Assembly: GCF_964355755.1 (NCBI RefSeq)
Contig: NC_092670.1
Span: forward strand, 16,788,795-16,852,794
Length of the DNA: 64,000 nt
Reading direction: 5' to 3'
Source of the DNA: Antedon mediterranea
Taxonomy: Eukaryota > Animalia > Echinodermata
In this document: piece after piece, positions 13,801-28,800 of the stretch
Layout of the letters: the number at the start of each line of letters is the position of its first letter
How positions within the stretch are numbered: position 1 is the first letter of the stretch
Program-made: the position numbers and the translations under genes
Notes under the pieces: model-generated
The model's database searches: none
What the model was told of the DNA's origin: nothing
Seen by the model: only the letters and a program-made list of their open reading frames with translations

Positions 13801-16800
13801 CATCGCCTTCTACTTCTTCTAAACCAATTCCAATAATTGACAATATTACAATCATCATATCAAGTTGATTCCATCTATAAATACATAAAGAATAATCAAT
13901 ATTAAAAAACAAAATTTAAATTAATATAAGAAATATGAAGGCAAAACTATTCTGGGACTTTGATATGGATTGTAATGATGATGATGATGATGAGGATATT
14001 GGTTATAATAATAATGATTAGCAATAACAATTCAATGACAAAATGATGATTATATATGAATATTAATAATTGGGATAAACTTACTTGTCTTTTATATAGC
14101 GTTTAAAACTGTAGGCATATATCTTCAAAATGGCTTCCAGAACGAATACAACCGTAAACACATAATTAAAATAGCGTAGAACTTCAATTAGAAGCTATAA
14201 AAGTAAAAAAAAATTAAATTTGAAAATTGAAAAAATGTGAAATATATATATATAGAGGTTTCAATTAACAAACAAACCAACCTGTGGCATATCATAGAAT
14301 TCCATTCCCATGGTGATGACATTTAGAAAGATTATAGAAGCAATAATAAGGTCAAAGTATTTGCTTTCAACCATAGCATGACATCGCCGTCGTGTTCTTC
14401 CGTAATCATCCCAGTAATTCGGCTCAAGCCTTCCTAAAATGGGATTAAACAATAATCTATATATCAACATAAATATATTTAGAACAATAAATGTTGAAAT
14501 GAGTGAATAATAATAAATGGTGATGAAGGGAAATGTGCTTGTTAAAGGTCAAGTGATTGTTTTGATTATTACCAATCTGTTTCTTTGTTTATCTTACATA
14601 GCTAAATATCATATGCAATCATGCTATAGTATAAATAGCTGCAAGCAAATTCATACAATTTATGTAACATTGTGCTATTAAATATTATCATATATAATAT
14701 TTGCAGACTTTAATGAATATCATTAAATAATTATTAATAGAAATCAGAAAATAAGTTAGTAAACACCCCAAATGCCTAGTACCTTCATAGATAATTCCAC
14801 CACCAAAATTTCATTAAAAAAAATAGTTCACAAATGTTTAGTGTGTTACTTTGATTGTATTTTCTAAGAGTGTAAAGTGAATTGTGAACAAGCCATAAGG
14901 CAAGTTAGTTATATAATTTAGCTTTGTTGAAGTAAACAAATAGAGAGTAAATAATGAGAATTTAAATTTAACAAACACAGCATAACCATTATAGGCAGGA
15001 TTTAAACTACTAGATTTTGTTATATGTTCAAGCAAAATATTCTTTATAATTACACAAATTTCAACAGCAAACAACAAGTTAAAATCACAGCAACAACAAA
15101 GAGAAAACAAAAACTAACATATGCAAAATTGTTATTTCATTTTAGTGAAGCATATGCGTGGTGTATTTTAACAAATAGATATATGTTTAATCATCCACAC
15201 ATTACAATAAAACAGAAAACAAACAAAAAACAAAACATAAATTAAATGGTATGAGAATAAATTTATGAAGTAATTCAAGTGTCATCAAATTTGTAGCTGC
15301 GAATGTGCAATTTGAAAAATTTGAAATAAAAATGATGTTTCTGATTGGTTGGTTTGTGGACAATTCAGGTGAACTAGACAAAGATGGTGATACAAACCCA
15401 GCTCTGGAATTTGCATACTAAGTCTCAGTTTCTCAATGCGACGCAATCGTTTAAGTTCCCGCATCTCGGCTTCTTCAATTGCCTGTTTTTCTTGACATTT
15501 ATGAAAGTTCTCCACGACAACTCCGACAAACATGTTAAGGACGAAGAAACCAACGATCAGAAGGAATGAGATAAAGTAGATGATTAACCATTCATTGTTA
15601 TCTCGAATAGGCTGAAAAATAAAAACAAATTCATTATAAACCACAACTGAATTTATTATGCTCAGAAGCTTTCAATAAAAAGTTGAAATACATATTTATA
15701 CATTTTAATTTATCTAGAAAGTTTGATTCGTAAACATGTTAATCAAAGGTCAAATGTCAAAGGCTTAACAAATTTACATACTTGTTGATCGATACCAACT
15801 GAATCAATGCCATTATACATAATTTCTACCCATCCATCTTTTGATGACAACACAAATAATGTCATTAAAGCCTGCAAGAAAAAATTGAGATGTTTAAAAT
15901 GATGGTAAAAGAGGTTTGTGATGGTTACAGCAACTGCTCTATTTGTACTTTGGTAATAAATGTTTGTTATGGAGATAACTGCTCTATTTGTACTACGGAT
16001 GTAAAACATGCCTACAGCTACTTCAGCACATTTTTCTGTATTGCAGTAAAAATCAACACAATACTAACTAGAAAGCCACTCCGAGAGTGCATACCTCCGC
16101 CTACTGTAAAATTCTCCTACATAAGATTTCTCCGGTAAAAAAAAAATATATATATATTTGTGTGTGTCTTAATGCTGTTTGTGATTTAGGCTAATTTCAC
16201 TACAAGCATGTGTATGCGAGTTTGGTGTAATGGTTATATAACAAGCCTTTCAATTAACAATGGCTTCAGTTGACTAACAATAGAACAGCAACGCGAAAAT
16301 CAAACGAGTGAATTTGAAAAGAAAATAGGTTTTTTAAACTACTGGCATCAAAAAACGTGAACATTAAATCAAATTATGTTTTAAAATTACAAATTATAAC
16401 TCTTGCCTCTTGTACAAAAATGAAGTTTTTTGGACAAGTAGTTCTCGAGAAAATGCAATTTCAGTATACTTGTTACTTTAAGACTGCTCGCTGTCCTATT
16501 TATGTCCTATCTTTTAACACTAGCAGGTCTGAAAAGTATACTAAAAAGTGGTCCAGAATTGGGACAATGGTCCCAAAATTTAATGGAATGGTCCTTGACC
16601 ACATATCTATCTGTATATTCATTTTGGTAAAGATCTTGTAATTACTTTTTGAGTAATCCTGCTAACAAACAAACAAACACACGCTACCGATTACATATAC
16701 CTCCTTGGCGGAGGTAAATAATAATATTCTGCATTTATAAAACACGTAAATTTGTAAAACCTCCAAACTCTGTACATATTATCACCCAAGTCATTTTTGG

Positions 16801-19800
16801 ATCAAACACATATGGAAACATACTGTACTCCCATAATGTAGCTGGAAATCAGCGCAAAGTTGTGTCTTTACCTTACCAGGTATCACTGTATGAAAACTAA
16901 CCGAAAAACCAGGATAAAAGATAGTCTAAAGCCCTGTCTACACTATCAAACTTCATGTGACAAAAAATGTGATGTGCCCATATATGGACATAATGATGTC
17001 ATACAACTACCATATTTGGGTACATCACACTTTTGTTGGCAAACTAGTTTGATAGTGAACACAGAGCTTAAAAGGAAAGCAGCTATGACTTACCTCTCCA
17101 ATATTGTCAAAGTTATACTCTTGGTTTATCCAATGGAAGCCCATATCCTCACATTGCGTTCTGTTTCGTATATCTCGTATATCTTTTCCAACACAGTGGA
17201 AGAATTTACCTTTAAATAACTACAAGAAATACGAAAGAGACATTAAATATACTTGGCTAAATTGGTGCATAGCTACCGTAGAGCAGAAAAATATGAAAGG
17301 GACATTAAGTAAATTGGTGATATAGCTACCGTAGAGCAGAAAAATATGAAAGGGACATTAAGTAAATTGGTGATATAGCTACCGTAGAGCAGAAAAATAT
17401 GAAAGGGACATTAAGTAAATTGGTGATATAGCTACCGTAGAGCAGAAAAATATGAAAGGGACATTAAGTAATTTGGTGATATAGCTACCGTAGAGCAGAA
17501 AAATATGAAAGGGACATTAAGTAAATTGGTGATATAGCTACCGTAGAGCAGTAACATATGAAAGGGACATTAAGTAAATTGGTGATATAGCTACCGTAGA
17601 GCAGTACATTAATTAAATTGGTGATATAGCTACCGTAGAGCAGTACATTAAGTAAATTGGTGATATAGCTACCGTAGAGCAGTAACATATGAAAGGGACA
17701 TTAAGTAATTTGGTGCTATAGCTATAGTAAGGAAAAATATTTGTACAAATAGATATATTACCTGAATTCCTAGGATACCGAATATAATGAAGAATGTACA
17801 GCAAATAAGCACAATGTTGCCAATGGGACGTAGAGAGGAAAGTAATGTCTGTACTACTAGTTTCAAACCTGGTGCTCTGCTTATCACTCTGTTTATGAAA
17901 ATAAAAAACATACTTAGAAAGATTATTTTAATTGTTTGAACCAAATTCTTTGGGACCTTGTTTTCTAAACATAATTTCCAATTTAAATCATCCACACAAC
18001 TTACTATGACTATATAACTAAGCTCCTTGTACTATCTGTCAGATATGTTCAAAATAGACCTCAAAGTCACTATTGTACCTGCCACAGTTTCCTAATGGTC
18101 TTGTACTGTATTGACAGAGTACAAAACAATCAGTCATTGTATTGTACCATAATGGTCTAAGAGTACTTACCTTAATGGTCTAAGAGTTCGTAGAAGTCGA
18201 AAGATTCTTAAAATTCCAAAAATATCTGGGCTAGATTGAGATGCTAGAGATATGCAAATGTCAAGCCAAGAAATGAATACAAGAAAACCATCCATGACGT
18301 TCCAACCACTCCGCAAGTATGCATGCTTTCCGATTGCAAATCCTTTTGCTACGATTTTCAGAAACATTTCAATCGTGAATAAAACTGTAAAAATGTAGTT
18401 GGTTATGGTTAAAAATGTGCGTTCCTGAAAGAAAGAAAAGAAAATGTCAATGATACTGACAATAGACAACGTCAATAATGATGGTGACAGTGAAGCTGAC
18501 AATGGTGACAATTATGTAGATGATAATGATGTTGGTGACAATTATGTGGATGACAATGATGTTGTTAAAATTGATGTTGGTGACAATTATGTGGATGAAA
18601 ATGATGTTTATGAAAATGATGTTGGTGACAGTGACAATTATGATAATTGCGACATGATGCTTATGGTAATGAGGTGGATGTTGATGTTGGTGACATTGAT
18701 GTTGATGACATTGATGTTGATGTTGGTGACATTGATGTTGATATTGGTGACATTGATGTTGATGTTGGTGACATTGATGTTGATGTTGGTGACATTGATG
18801 TTGATGTTGGTGACATTGATGTTGATGTTGGTGACATTGATGTTGATGACATTGATGTGAATATTGGTGACATTGATGTTGATGTTGGTGACATTGATGT
18901 TGATGATGGTGACATTGATGTTGGTGACATTGATGTTGATGATGGTGACATTGATGTTGGTGACATTGATGTTGATGTTGGTGACATTGATGTTGATGTT
19001 GGTGACATTGATGTTGATGTTGGTGACATTGATGTTGGTGACATTGATGTTGATGTTGGTGACATTGATGTTGATGATGGTGACATTGATGTTGATGATG
19101 GTGACATGATGGTAGCACATATGCTAATTATAATGACAATGATGGTGATAATGATAACAGTGATGTTGATGATGGGAACATGATGCTCATGATAATGATG
19201 GCGATAGTGACAATGATGTTGATGAAATTGACAATAATGATGATGACAATGTTGTTGCCAATATTGCATATAATAACAAATATTGTGGTTGTTTCCATAC
19301 CCAGTCATCATCTTGAATGGAAGGTCGTTCCATGGCCAGAGTAATACAGTTGAGAAATATAACAACTAGCACCATGTAGTCAAACCACTTCTTATTGATC
19401 AAGTACTGAATATTATGACGGAACCTGTGAAAACAACAAAAAAGTAATAATTACACATATCTATAAAAAAAAAAGAGCATATCTATTGTACATACCTATT
19501 TAGTCCTTTAATTTTTAAAATTAATTAGTGGGCCTATAGTGTATCACGGTGCTGACGTCACGACAGTAGGTGGCGCTGCGTGGTTGCTAGCGCACCCAAA
19601 AATGCGTTCAACCTGCCTGAGTGACTTTAAGGTCACCAATGGTTTGGAATAGGCTTATTGAAGTAGTCATTTTAAAACTTAATCATTTTCAATAAAAACA
19701 AACTAAAATTTCAAAAGATCACTAAATATTTGTTTTTAATAATCTATTTATTCTTCAACTACCGTTTAAGTTTAAAAAAATCAAGCTAAGATAAATAATT

Positions 19801-22800
19801 TGATAGAAATACAGATCTGTACAGTTTATCAACATAGTAGCGTTGAACGCATTTGTTGGTTGGCTAGCAACCATGCAGCGCTCTCTATCGTTGTGACGTC
19901 ACACCGTGATACTCTATATTGTGGGGGATTAAATCTGACTATAAAATTAATAACATAATACTCGCTTGTTTTTTGGTGACAGAAGATAGAGGGAGTATTC
20001 TTGTCTTGTGAGAAAGCACCCATGTGGCTCTGGTAAACACTTGCCAATCATTGCAAACAAGTCACAATCCTACAAGAAAAAATAAGTATATAAGAAAAAC
20101 ACAGATACATACCTGTACTTACTCACTGTACTAAGTACTTAAGATTTAATTAAGATAATATAATTACACGTGAATACAACAGTTTAATTATTATAATACA
20201 AAAATTAACACCAATGAGAATTTGTTATAACATTGATCTCGGATTAAAATCTAAGAAACGTAAACTTGTTTACAAGGAATCAATCTGGAATATAGAAATG
20301 TTATTATACATATGTTTCATAAATTATTACATACTGTATGACAAGGCGATCGGATGAAACATGATACTATGATTAGTAAGCATTATAACAAATGCACACC
20401 TTACTTGTTATTAAGGAGTTTTGAATATCACTAGACGCCATTCTAGACTACAAGCATTAGAATGAACATAATGAAAATGTGCCACAAAACCTTACTGACT
20501 CAATCAGCACAATTTGAAAATTGGGTATTCATGTCGTAAACATTATTGTGAAATTTAAAACTCGATAATCAAAATCACTAAATTAACATACTACACTATT
20601 GTTAATACAATATCATTAATTAACATACATTATACAGTAGTCTGGAATATAAATTATATTGTAAATATTAGTGTTTAAACAACAACTAATTATTATTACC
20701 TGTACTCTCTCCTACGGTAATATAATAATTGTAAAATAAAAATTAAAAAATAATATTATGTATCACGAAGGAATAAAGTAGGGTAGTTTAAAAAGTAGAG
20801 ATGGGAGACGATCTAAGAATGTTAAGGGGAAAAGATTTAGTTTATACATGGGAAAGAATGTATAAAAAACAAATTGTTAAAAACAAAGTAATTTTTCCCC
20901 CAGTCTCAAATGTTATTTGTTCATAGTTTGATATTTAAACATTCATTACTTGTGTTGATCTATTTCACCACCTGTTTCAACAATCTATTTAATTCACATT
21001 GTATATTCGACCAATCCATTAAACCCCTCATACTCTGATGACATTTTAAGTAAATCTTACTGTGCATTCTTAATAATGGAGAACATCACAATGTTATTAC
21101 TATGAATGTTATTGTATTATTAGTCAAAACAAGATAATCTTTTAATAACACATTCTATATAATAAACTTAAATTGCAAAAGCACAATTCTTGTTTCTTAT
21201 TTGAATTTGAATACATCAACATTTTTCAATAATTTTAATTTTGTTGTTTATTTAATGCACACTGCCAATAAAGATAAATAAAGACTAGAGCCATAGGTTG
21301 AGATATTGTCAAACCTGGAATTACCATTCAGGGTAACCATGCCTATTACAATATGTTATGCTAATATAGTGCAACTTGAATAATATGTGCAAGGAGGCCT
21401 AAATATAGGGCAATAACATTCATCATATTTTAGCATTGTTAGGAGGCCTATGTTCTTGTGTGCATTAGGAGAAGGACCTTGATTACCCCACAACAAATAC
21501 TGCAGCAATAGTCATCGTTGAACTGTCTGGATGAAGAGGCTATAGTGGACATGTCAGGCGATACTGGAGCCTTAGAGTCAGAAAGAATAAGATCACAATA
21601 TGACAGGATTATCACACATAAAACTCATGCGTCATTAAATGGCATAGCATAATAATACAGTTATAAGTACAATTTTAACCGAACCAAGATAAGTGGGGTC
21701 TTCTTCTGTGAATAACTTTGATGTACAGTAACATGGGTGCAAAGTAGGCTGACAACAATCTGACAGCATGACAAGCTGACAAAAAAAATGTAATGTAATG
21801 AAATTTATTTATTTTTTTTACTTACACCTTCATCTATAGCATCAGGATCTTCAATATCGGCATCATCTGCTTGATTTAACTCTTCGCTTGGTCGAATCAT
21901 AGAGTTATCCTTTGTAGGCAATGACATTGGACGAACTGTCTGACTGATCGGTGGTGCCAGTCCATTACATGAACAAAAGGAAACCCGTCTACTGTCTCCG
22001 TTGCAGATGGAAGACCTACGACTGCTCTCGTTGTCAGGCACGTAGCCATTGTGACTGGAAACATCTTGAGATCTAAAGAAATATTTTTAAAATATTGGTT
22101 GTGTAACATATTGTTATTAAAAGTAGTGGATTACCAACATCTTTGTAAACTTGCAGTTTAGTTAGAATAACTTCAACTCGGTTATAATATAAATTCATTT
22201 TCACATCTCACCTGCATATACTTAAATGACTGCCGTCACTGTCGTACATCCTAAATGGACTCAAGAAGTTTCCGTTGATTGGCTTAGACTGAATGGCGCC
22301 CTCACTTTGTACACTTCGAGCACTCCTGGCACTTCCAGACCTCCGCAATCGTGGAGAACCTCGTAGAGATTGTGTGTTCTATTGTGAGACAAATATAATT
22401 GTTTTATTACAGCAAAAGAGTAATTGTCCAAGATATATTTTTGCCTTACAGTAACATATTATGCTATACATTATCAGTTTAAGTTGAAGATACATCTATC
22501 AAAGATTTCTGTGTTGTTGTGATACCTGTATAAAATAAATGTATGTCACTTACCACTGAGAGTGTATCGATTTCTGCATCTTTGATATTAATTACTGGTT
22601 TAAGCTCATGGCTGTTTTCAGAATGTGGGGATCCTTGTGGGGTGGCCTCTGTGTGGGTTATCATTGGAGGGCTTTGGAGTTGGTTGCCTGTGTTTGATGC
22701 AAGTATCGAAGATGAAAAAACTAAATAGAAAAGAAATTACATATAGTAAAAGGGCAGAAAAAAAAATATAAAAAGTCACAGAAAATTCCGAGAACAGTGA

Positions 22801-25800
22801 TAGTGAATTTGCAGAAATGTAGGTAAACAATCTTGGGGATAAGAATTGGTGTGGGTGGCAAGAACAGTCAAATGGAGGATATACTACTGTGTATACAGAG
22901 GAGTCATTTTGTATTTATTTCATACTATCAACAGTTTTCCCCGAGACCTTACTAATACATGGATGGAAAAATGTGAGCACCAGAGCTGTTTGAATCTCAT
23001 TTCAATTATAATCTTTACCATTATTCTTATGTGCTTCTTCCATACAACAATATTCTTGGTTCAATCTGTTCTCATCTGCTTCCATCTCAAAATCACCTTC
23101 ATACTGCTCCTCCTCCTCATCGGTCTCAGAGTTTTCCTTTTTCTGATCACCCTATTCATACAAAAACAAATGTGTAAATGTCCTCATTAAAGTTAAAAAC
23201 AAAATAAAAAAATAACAAAAATATTTATAGTAAACATGACCTGGTCACAAGCACATTTATAGATAGCAATTTAGGTATAAATATTCATTTGAAAAAAAAA
23301 GCATTTTGGCATTCTTTCTTCTTTTTCCCTATTCATACAAAAACAATGTTAAAACAATGTCAAAATAAAAAAATATAAAAAGTATTTATTGTAAACATGA
23401 CCTGGTCATAAGCACATTTTTAGATAGCGATTTAGGTATAATTATTCATTTGAAAAAGAAGCATTTTGGTAGACTAGAGCGAGAATCTAGTTACGAACAA
23501 AAAAAAGCACCTGCTGGCAGTTCTTACAAAGGAAAACTAAAGAATAATTAACAATATGTTGTAAACCTCAGTTTCGCCTCAACATCTTTTAAAGATTTCT
23601 GTGTAAAATATATATGATTATTTATTGTTAGATTCCAAAATGTATTTTAAGTGGAGAGAGGCACTCTATGTCAACAGATAATTCTTAGTCATCTCTCTAT
23701 GACGGTTGTCACATAATGCTTTGTACTTCTTTCTATTTAAAAAAATTGTATTTATATATTATATATATATTCACGGACAGTTTGTCTGAAAGTTGAATTG
23801 AATTATTACTATGAATAACAGAATTGTTTTGGCTTTTACTAGTAAAAAACATAATTTATTTAAGTGGTAAAGTTTTCCCTTTCAAAGTATCCTATTATTA
23901 GTTATACTGTATTTGAAATCTTTTCATTACAGCATTCAAGTTTTCTGATCAGTCGTTACTATGGCAACTGATGTTAATAATGTTTTGACGTCAAACTGAT
24001 CATTTTGCTCCGGTTTTAAACAATTAACCAGACAGGTATCATCTTTCTTTCATAGCAGCTTAATTAATGATAGAGAAACACATTCACGTGTCAAAACACA
24101 GTATATAGGAATGGTTAGTTCAAACCATCTGTTAAGATAACAGATATCTATCTATTTAATCTATCAAAATAATAAACAAGTTTATCAGTCATTCTATGAA
24201 TTAATTAAGTGAATCTTTCTTAATTTAACAGCATTTTGATTGGTTTGTATTTGGATCCTAAAATCCAATATTGCATTTTCCGATTTATTTTTACATAGTA
24301 GTAACAAGCCTCTGTCATGCTCAGAAGCAACACACACGTTCAACTTTGACCTGAAGTTATTGGAACATTGGACATTTAGACAATATGACATTTACAGACA
24401 ATACTATGGGTGACCAGATGCATGCAACTACACATTCAATTACACAATGATGTTGAAAAAGCAGCTATGAGATTTTACAACATTAGCTATTAATACAGAC
24501 CAGATAATAAAATGGTTACAAAACAATTTAACAAGGACAAACAATTTTAATTTATGATTAAAGTTTGAATGTTATTTGACATTGACAACAACATATAGTT
24601 TGGGTTAGAACATAATCCTACAGCACATTAGTTAGTGGTTTAAAGTGGTATAAAAAAAATCAGCACTAATAGAGTTGTTAAGAAATTAAAATAATTAGTT
24701 TTCAAGAAAATTAAAACACAACTTATGTCAGTGACAGATCCAGGTACAGCATGCCTATCTCCCATCCCCTCCCCTACCCATTTCATTAACACTTTGAATA
24801 TAAATACAAGTAGTTGAGCATTAACAACAGTGGATGGACATGGCCCTACTGGTGGGTTACCCAGCATCACCTCTCTAGTTAACTTACGACAGTGAGTACC
24901 CATGATAACAGACCCAGTCAGCTCTCTATTTGAGTCAAAACAGTGGATGGTCAGGCCCCAGAGTTGATTTATTCTGTACCACCTCTCTGAGTCACAACAG
25001 TGGATGGGCATAGTACTAAAGGTGCGATACCCAGTATCACCTCTCTAGTTAAGTCACAACAGTTAATACCCATGGCCGCAGACCCAGTATCACCTCTCTA
25101 CTTGAGCCTAAACAGGGGATTTTCAGGCCCCAGAGTAGCATTTTCCAGTATCACCTCTCTATTTGAGCCACAACAGTGGATGGTCAGGCCCTAGAGTTGC
25201 GTCACCCATTATAACCTCTTTATTTGATCCACAACAGTGGATGGTCACGTCCCAGAGTTGCGCTATCCAGAATCACCTCTCTATATAAGCCACGCCTGCA
25301 GATGGTCATGGTCCCAAATACCCATTAATAACTTTCTGAATCTGCCACTATATATATCAATGAACATCTATATATACATTATCACATGTACATATATCAA
25401 TACAACAACTTACCCAGAAGGTTAAAATAATGTTGGAAGATACAGCAATACAAATGATATATTTGGAAGCAATGAAAGAATATTAAATTATTAATATAAT
25501 GATTCAAGATGTTATTAATGTAAACTTATTAGCGATCAAGGTTGCCACATTATTTTCACCTCACATCATTATTTTGTTTTAAATTGAGACAGTTAAACAG
25601 TTTCGTGCCATGGTCTCAAAGCACGATTTGTGAGAGTAAATAAATCAAAAATAATTTGAAAATTCACTTTGTTATATTGATTTATTAATGATAATTAATA
25701 AAGCATAACCACATATACTGTTGTTAAAGCATTAATGTTGTTGGCATTTAATATCAATACAACAGCGAGGAGCACAATGACATTTTTATGAGTTTGTGAT

Positions 25801-28800
25801 TCTCCAATGAGTAATTTAATTGATAAATGAAAATGTTATTTGGACAAAAAATGCTAATATGGGCTGTATGAAGTCCCTGAATGTTAAGTTTTGTTGTATT
25901 TAAAACGCGCAAGACAGAAAACTGCATTCATCTCTTCTAAAGACATTTCATTCATTAAATATTTTGACTTTGTAAATAAGAACAATATCTCTATTAATGT
26001 CTTTATCAAGAGAGCACTATAAGAACACATCTACATGTAAGGCTCTCATGTTTTACAGGATGGGGCTTAATACGTTTCAGTTGTGATTTATTTTCATATA
26101 AAAACAATAATATTAACATTAATATAATAAATAAAAACATTAATAATCTTGCAGCATATTAGCAAATGTAGAAATACCTCTTAATTAATCTTACAATAGC
26201 ATTACTAGTATATTAAAAAAAGTTGTAAAAATAGTACTGCTTATATTAGTATTGCTTGTGTATATCTGTGATCCACTTACGGTATTAACATCAGTAATGC
26301 TAATATTAAACTGAAAGTGTTATCACATAAAAGACAAAAGTAAACGAATATTAAATACAAATTGTAACTAATACTAAACTAAAACTAAGTTAAACAAAAA
26401 TAATATCATTGCCTCACAAACATGTACAATGTTCGTATTTATGCATATAGCAGTAGTTGCTACAGTATGAAACTCTCGAATCAATGACAGATGGAGAGTA
26501 TTATAGCTGCCAACCAGGAGATAAATAGCTGATATCGAACAGAAGAAGTTACATTCATACAGTTAAAAGTACTTTAATTAGAATAACTATTTATTTTATA
26601 CTGTACTTATTGTTAAAGTTATTTTTAATGTTGTTATTATTATCATCATCATCAAATCAATTTACAAATATTGCACATACAGTATAATATTACTTTTCTA
26701 CAAAGTTAGAGAAAATTATTACCGACAGCATTGCTTATTCAGACAAAGTTAAAACAAAAGGCGTACAACAAAAATGAAACCAACAATTATATTTGTAATA
26801 TTTTAAAAACTATCTAAATTAATGTAAAAGCTATCATATTGGCTTTTGGAGGTTAATCTGCAATTGACCTATTTTTTTTTGGTAAATTGGAAATTAGAAA
26901 TTGGAATACAAATTTTGAAGTGTATAAAGATAATGTTACAGCGGTTGATGTATTTCCCATATTAGTAAAATACATTGAACATAAAAGCTACAGCAGATAT
27001 TCACTTGCAGAGCCTATCAAAGTAATGCATACATTTTATTCTTAAATTCAACAGTTTTTTTTTTTGCTTCAGTTTTAAAAATTACATGTTCTACCTTGTT
27101 TTTGTCTTCTGTTCGAAACTGTAGACAAAAAACTTGTTGAAATTAATAATTTTGCACCAGAGTTAGGATGAACATAGATGGTTAAATATTCAAATATTCC
27201 ATTTAAAACAAACAACTAAATGGTAGGACGATTTGGTGCTACTCGAACAAGCTGAAATGAGGTCACCAAATCTAAATTTCTGAACAAATTTATGGACAGG
27301 ATGATGTCATATCACCAAATTTAAGCATATCACTACCATATTTGGGCACATCACACTTTTTTGTCACATAAAGTTTGATAGTGTATTGATGTCGCTGTTG
27401 GGATAAGACGTACTCGACGCGAACTCCTGGTTAACCATTAAACTCTGTATGCTACAGTGAACACGATATGTTACCGACGTCGAAACGAAGCACACGTGCT
27501 AAGGCTACCACTCCAGCCAGCCCAGACCCGCCAGCTCTACCTGAACAGGAGATGGAGTTGCTCGGCCTAGACTTTTAAAAATTTGTTCAGGATTCTTTTA
27601 AATCTGTCCTACAAGGCCAAGCTCAAATAAGAGAAGATCTAAGCAAATCCATTGAATTTAATTCTGAAAAGATTGCAGTGCTTGAAACGAAAGATAAGGC
27701 GAGAGAATCAACGCTAATTAGCATTTCAGCTGATGCGAGAACAACTAACTGGCTGCCATCTTGAAATTAAAAGAGCCGAACGTTTTTCAAGACGAAATAA
27801 CATCAGGCTTGTTGGCCTTGAATTAAATCCTGGCGAAAATTGCATCTAGATTGCAAACAGTATTTTAAAAAAACATTTCACGCTGTCAACTATCCCTGTT
27901 ATTGAACGAGCGCATCGAGCTGGACGGGGAATGAAAGGTAAATCACCTCATATCTTGGTACGTTTTTTATCTTACGTAACTAAAATTGAAATCATGAAAC
28001 AACGACATGATGCTCTTAAAGATGAAGTGTTCTATATTATAGACGACCTCACCCCAAAAGATCTTGCAGAAAAAAAGAGATGGAAAGACCGAGTCAAAGA
28101 GCTATACAAGGAAAATGGCGATCAACCATCAATAACCTTTTGGTATCACAAAACTTAAATACATAAATTCAACTTTAAGCAGAACGCCTATAGTATATAG
28201 TACACCAACAGACGAATTTCATTTACTAACATGATTATTTATTGATAATCATCTTATTTTTTAAATATTTGAGTCATTTCCAAAAACATATGTTGAATAA
28301 ATACTACAGGACATAATTTTCTCAGAAAACAGCCTTTAAATCAATTAATATGACAGATCTGATAGCAAATATGATTATTTATTCATAGGATCACACATTA
28401 ACTAAAATGAAATGATGGATTCTTATCAAATGTGTTACTACACAGACCTGCTTTAAATTAGTATTTATTTACTCTGTGCGCCCTAGTGTAAAGTGGGTGG
28501 TAAGTGGTAACACCTTTTACGAATGTTGTCATTTTGTCAGTGTACATAATTTACAATTAAAATATTTCTAACCAAGTTTAATAAGACTGAGTACCAATAT
28601 ATATATACTGTATAAACTGGAGTGAATTGATATCAAATGACACTTTTCAGTAATTTGAATAATTAGAAGGTTTCTAGCCAAGTTATAATACAGTACCAAT
28701 ATATATATACTGTATACTGTATATACAAACTATAGTGAATTGATATCTAATGGCAATTACGTTCTGAATAATAACTATTTTTCAAATTGTATATACTACA

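Noticed and set aside
18444-19365. Several 80-230 aa ORFs (HQC, VTNIN, DVDVGD, SMSPT repeats)
   Set aside because: Translations of an intronic low-complexity repeat
21680-21775. Open cysteine-rich stretch after exon 21826
   Set aside because: Intron would be only 50-77 nt and the donor (gttaaa) is weak; not supportable
23567-23598. 32-nt exon-like stretch ([10 protein letters not shown])
   Set aside because: Ends in phase 2 with a weak donor; incompatible with the next phase-0 exon
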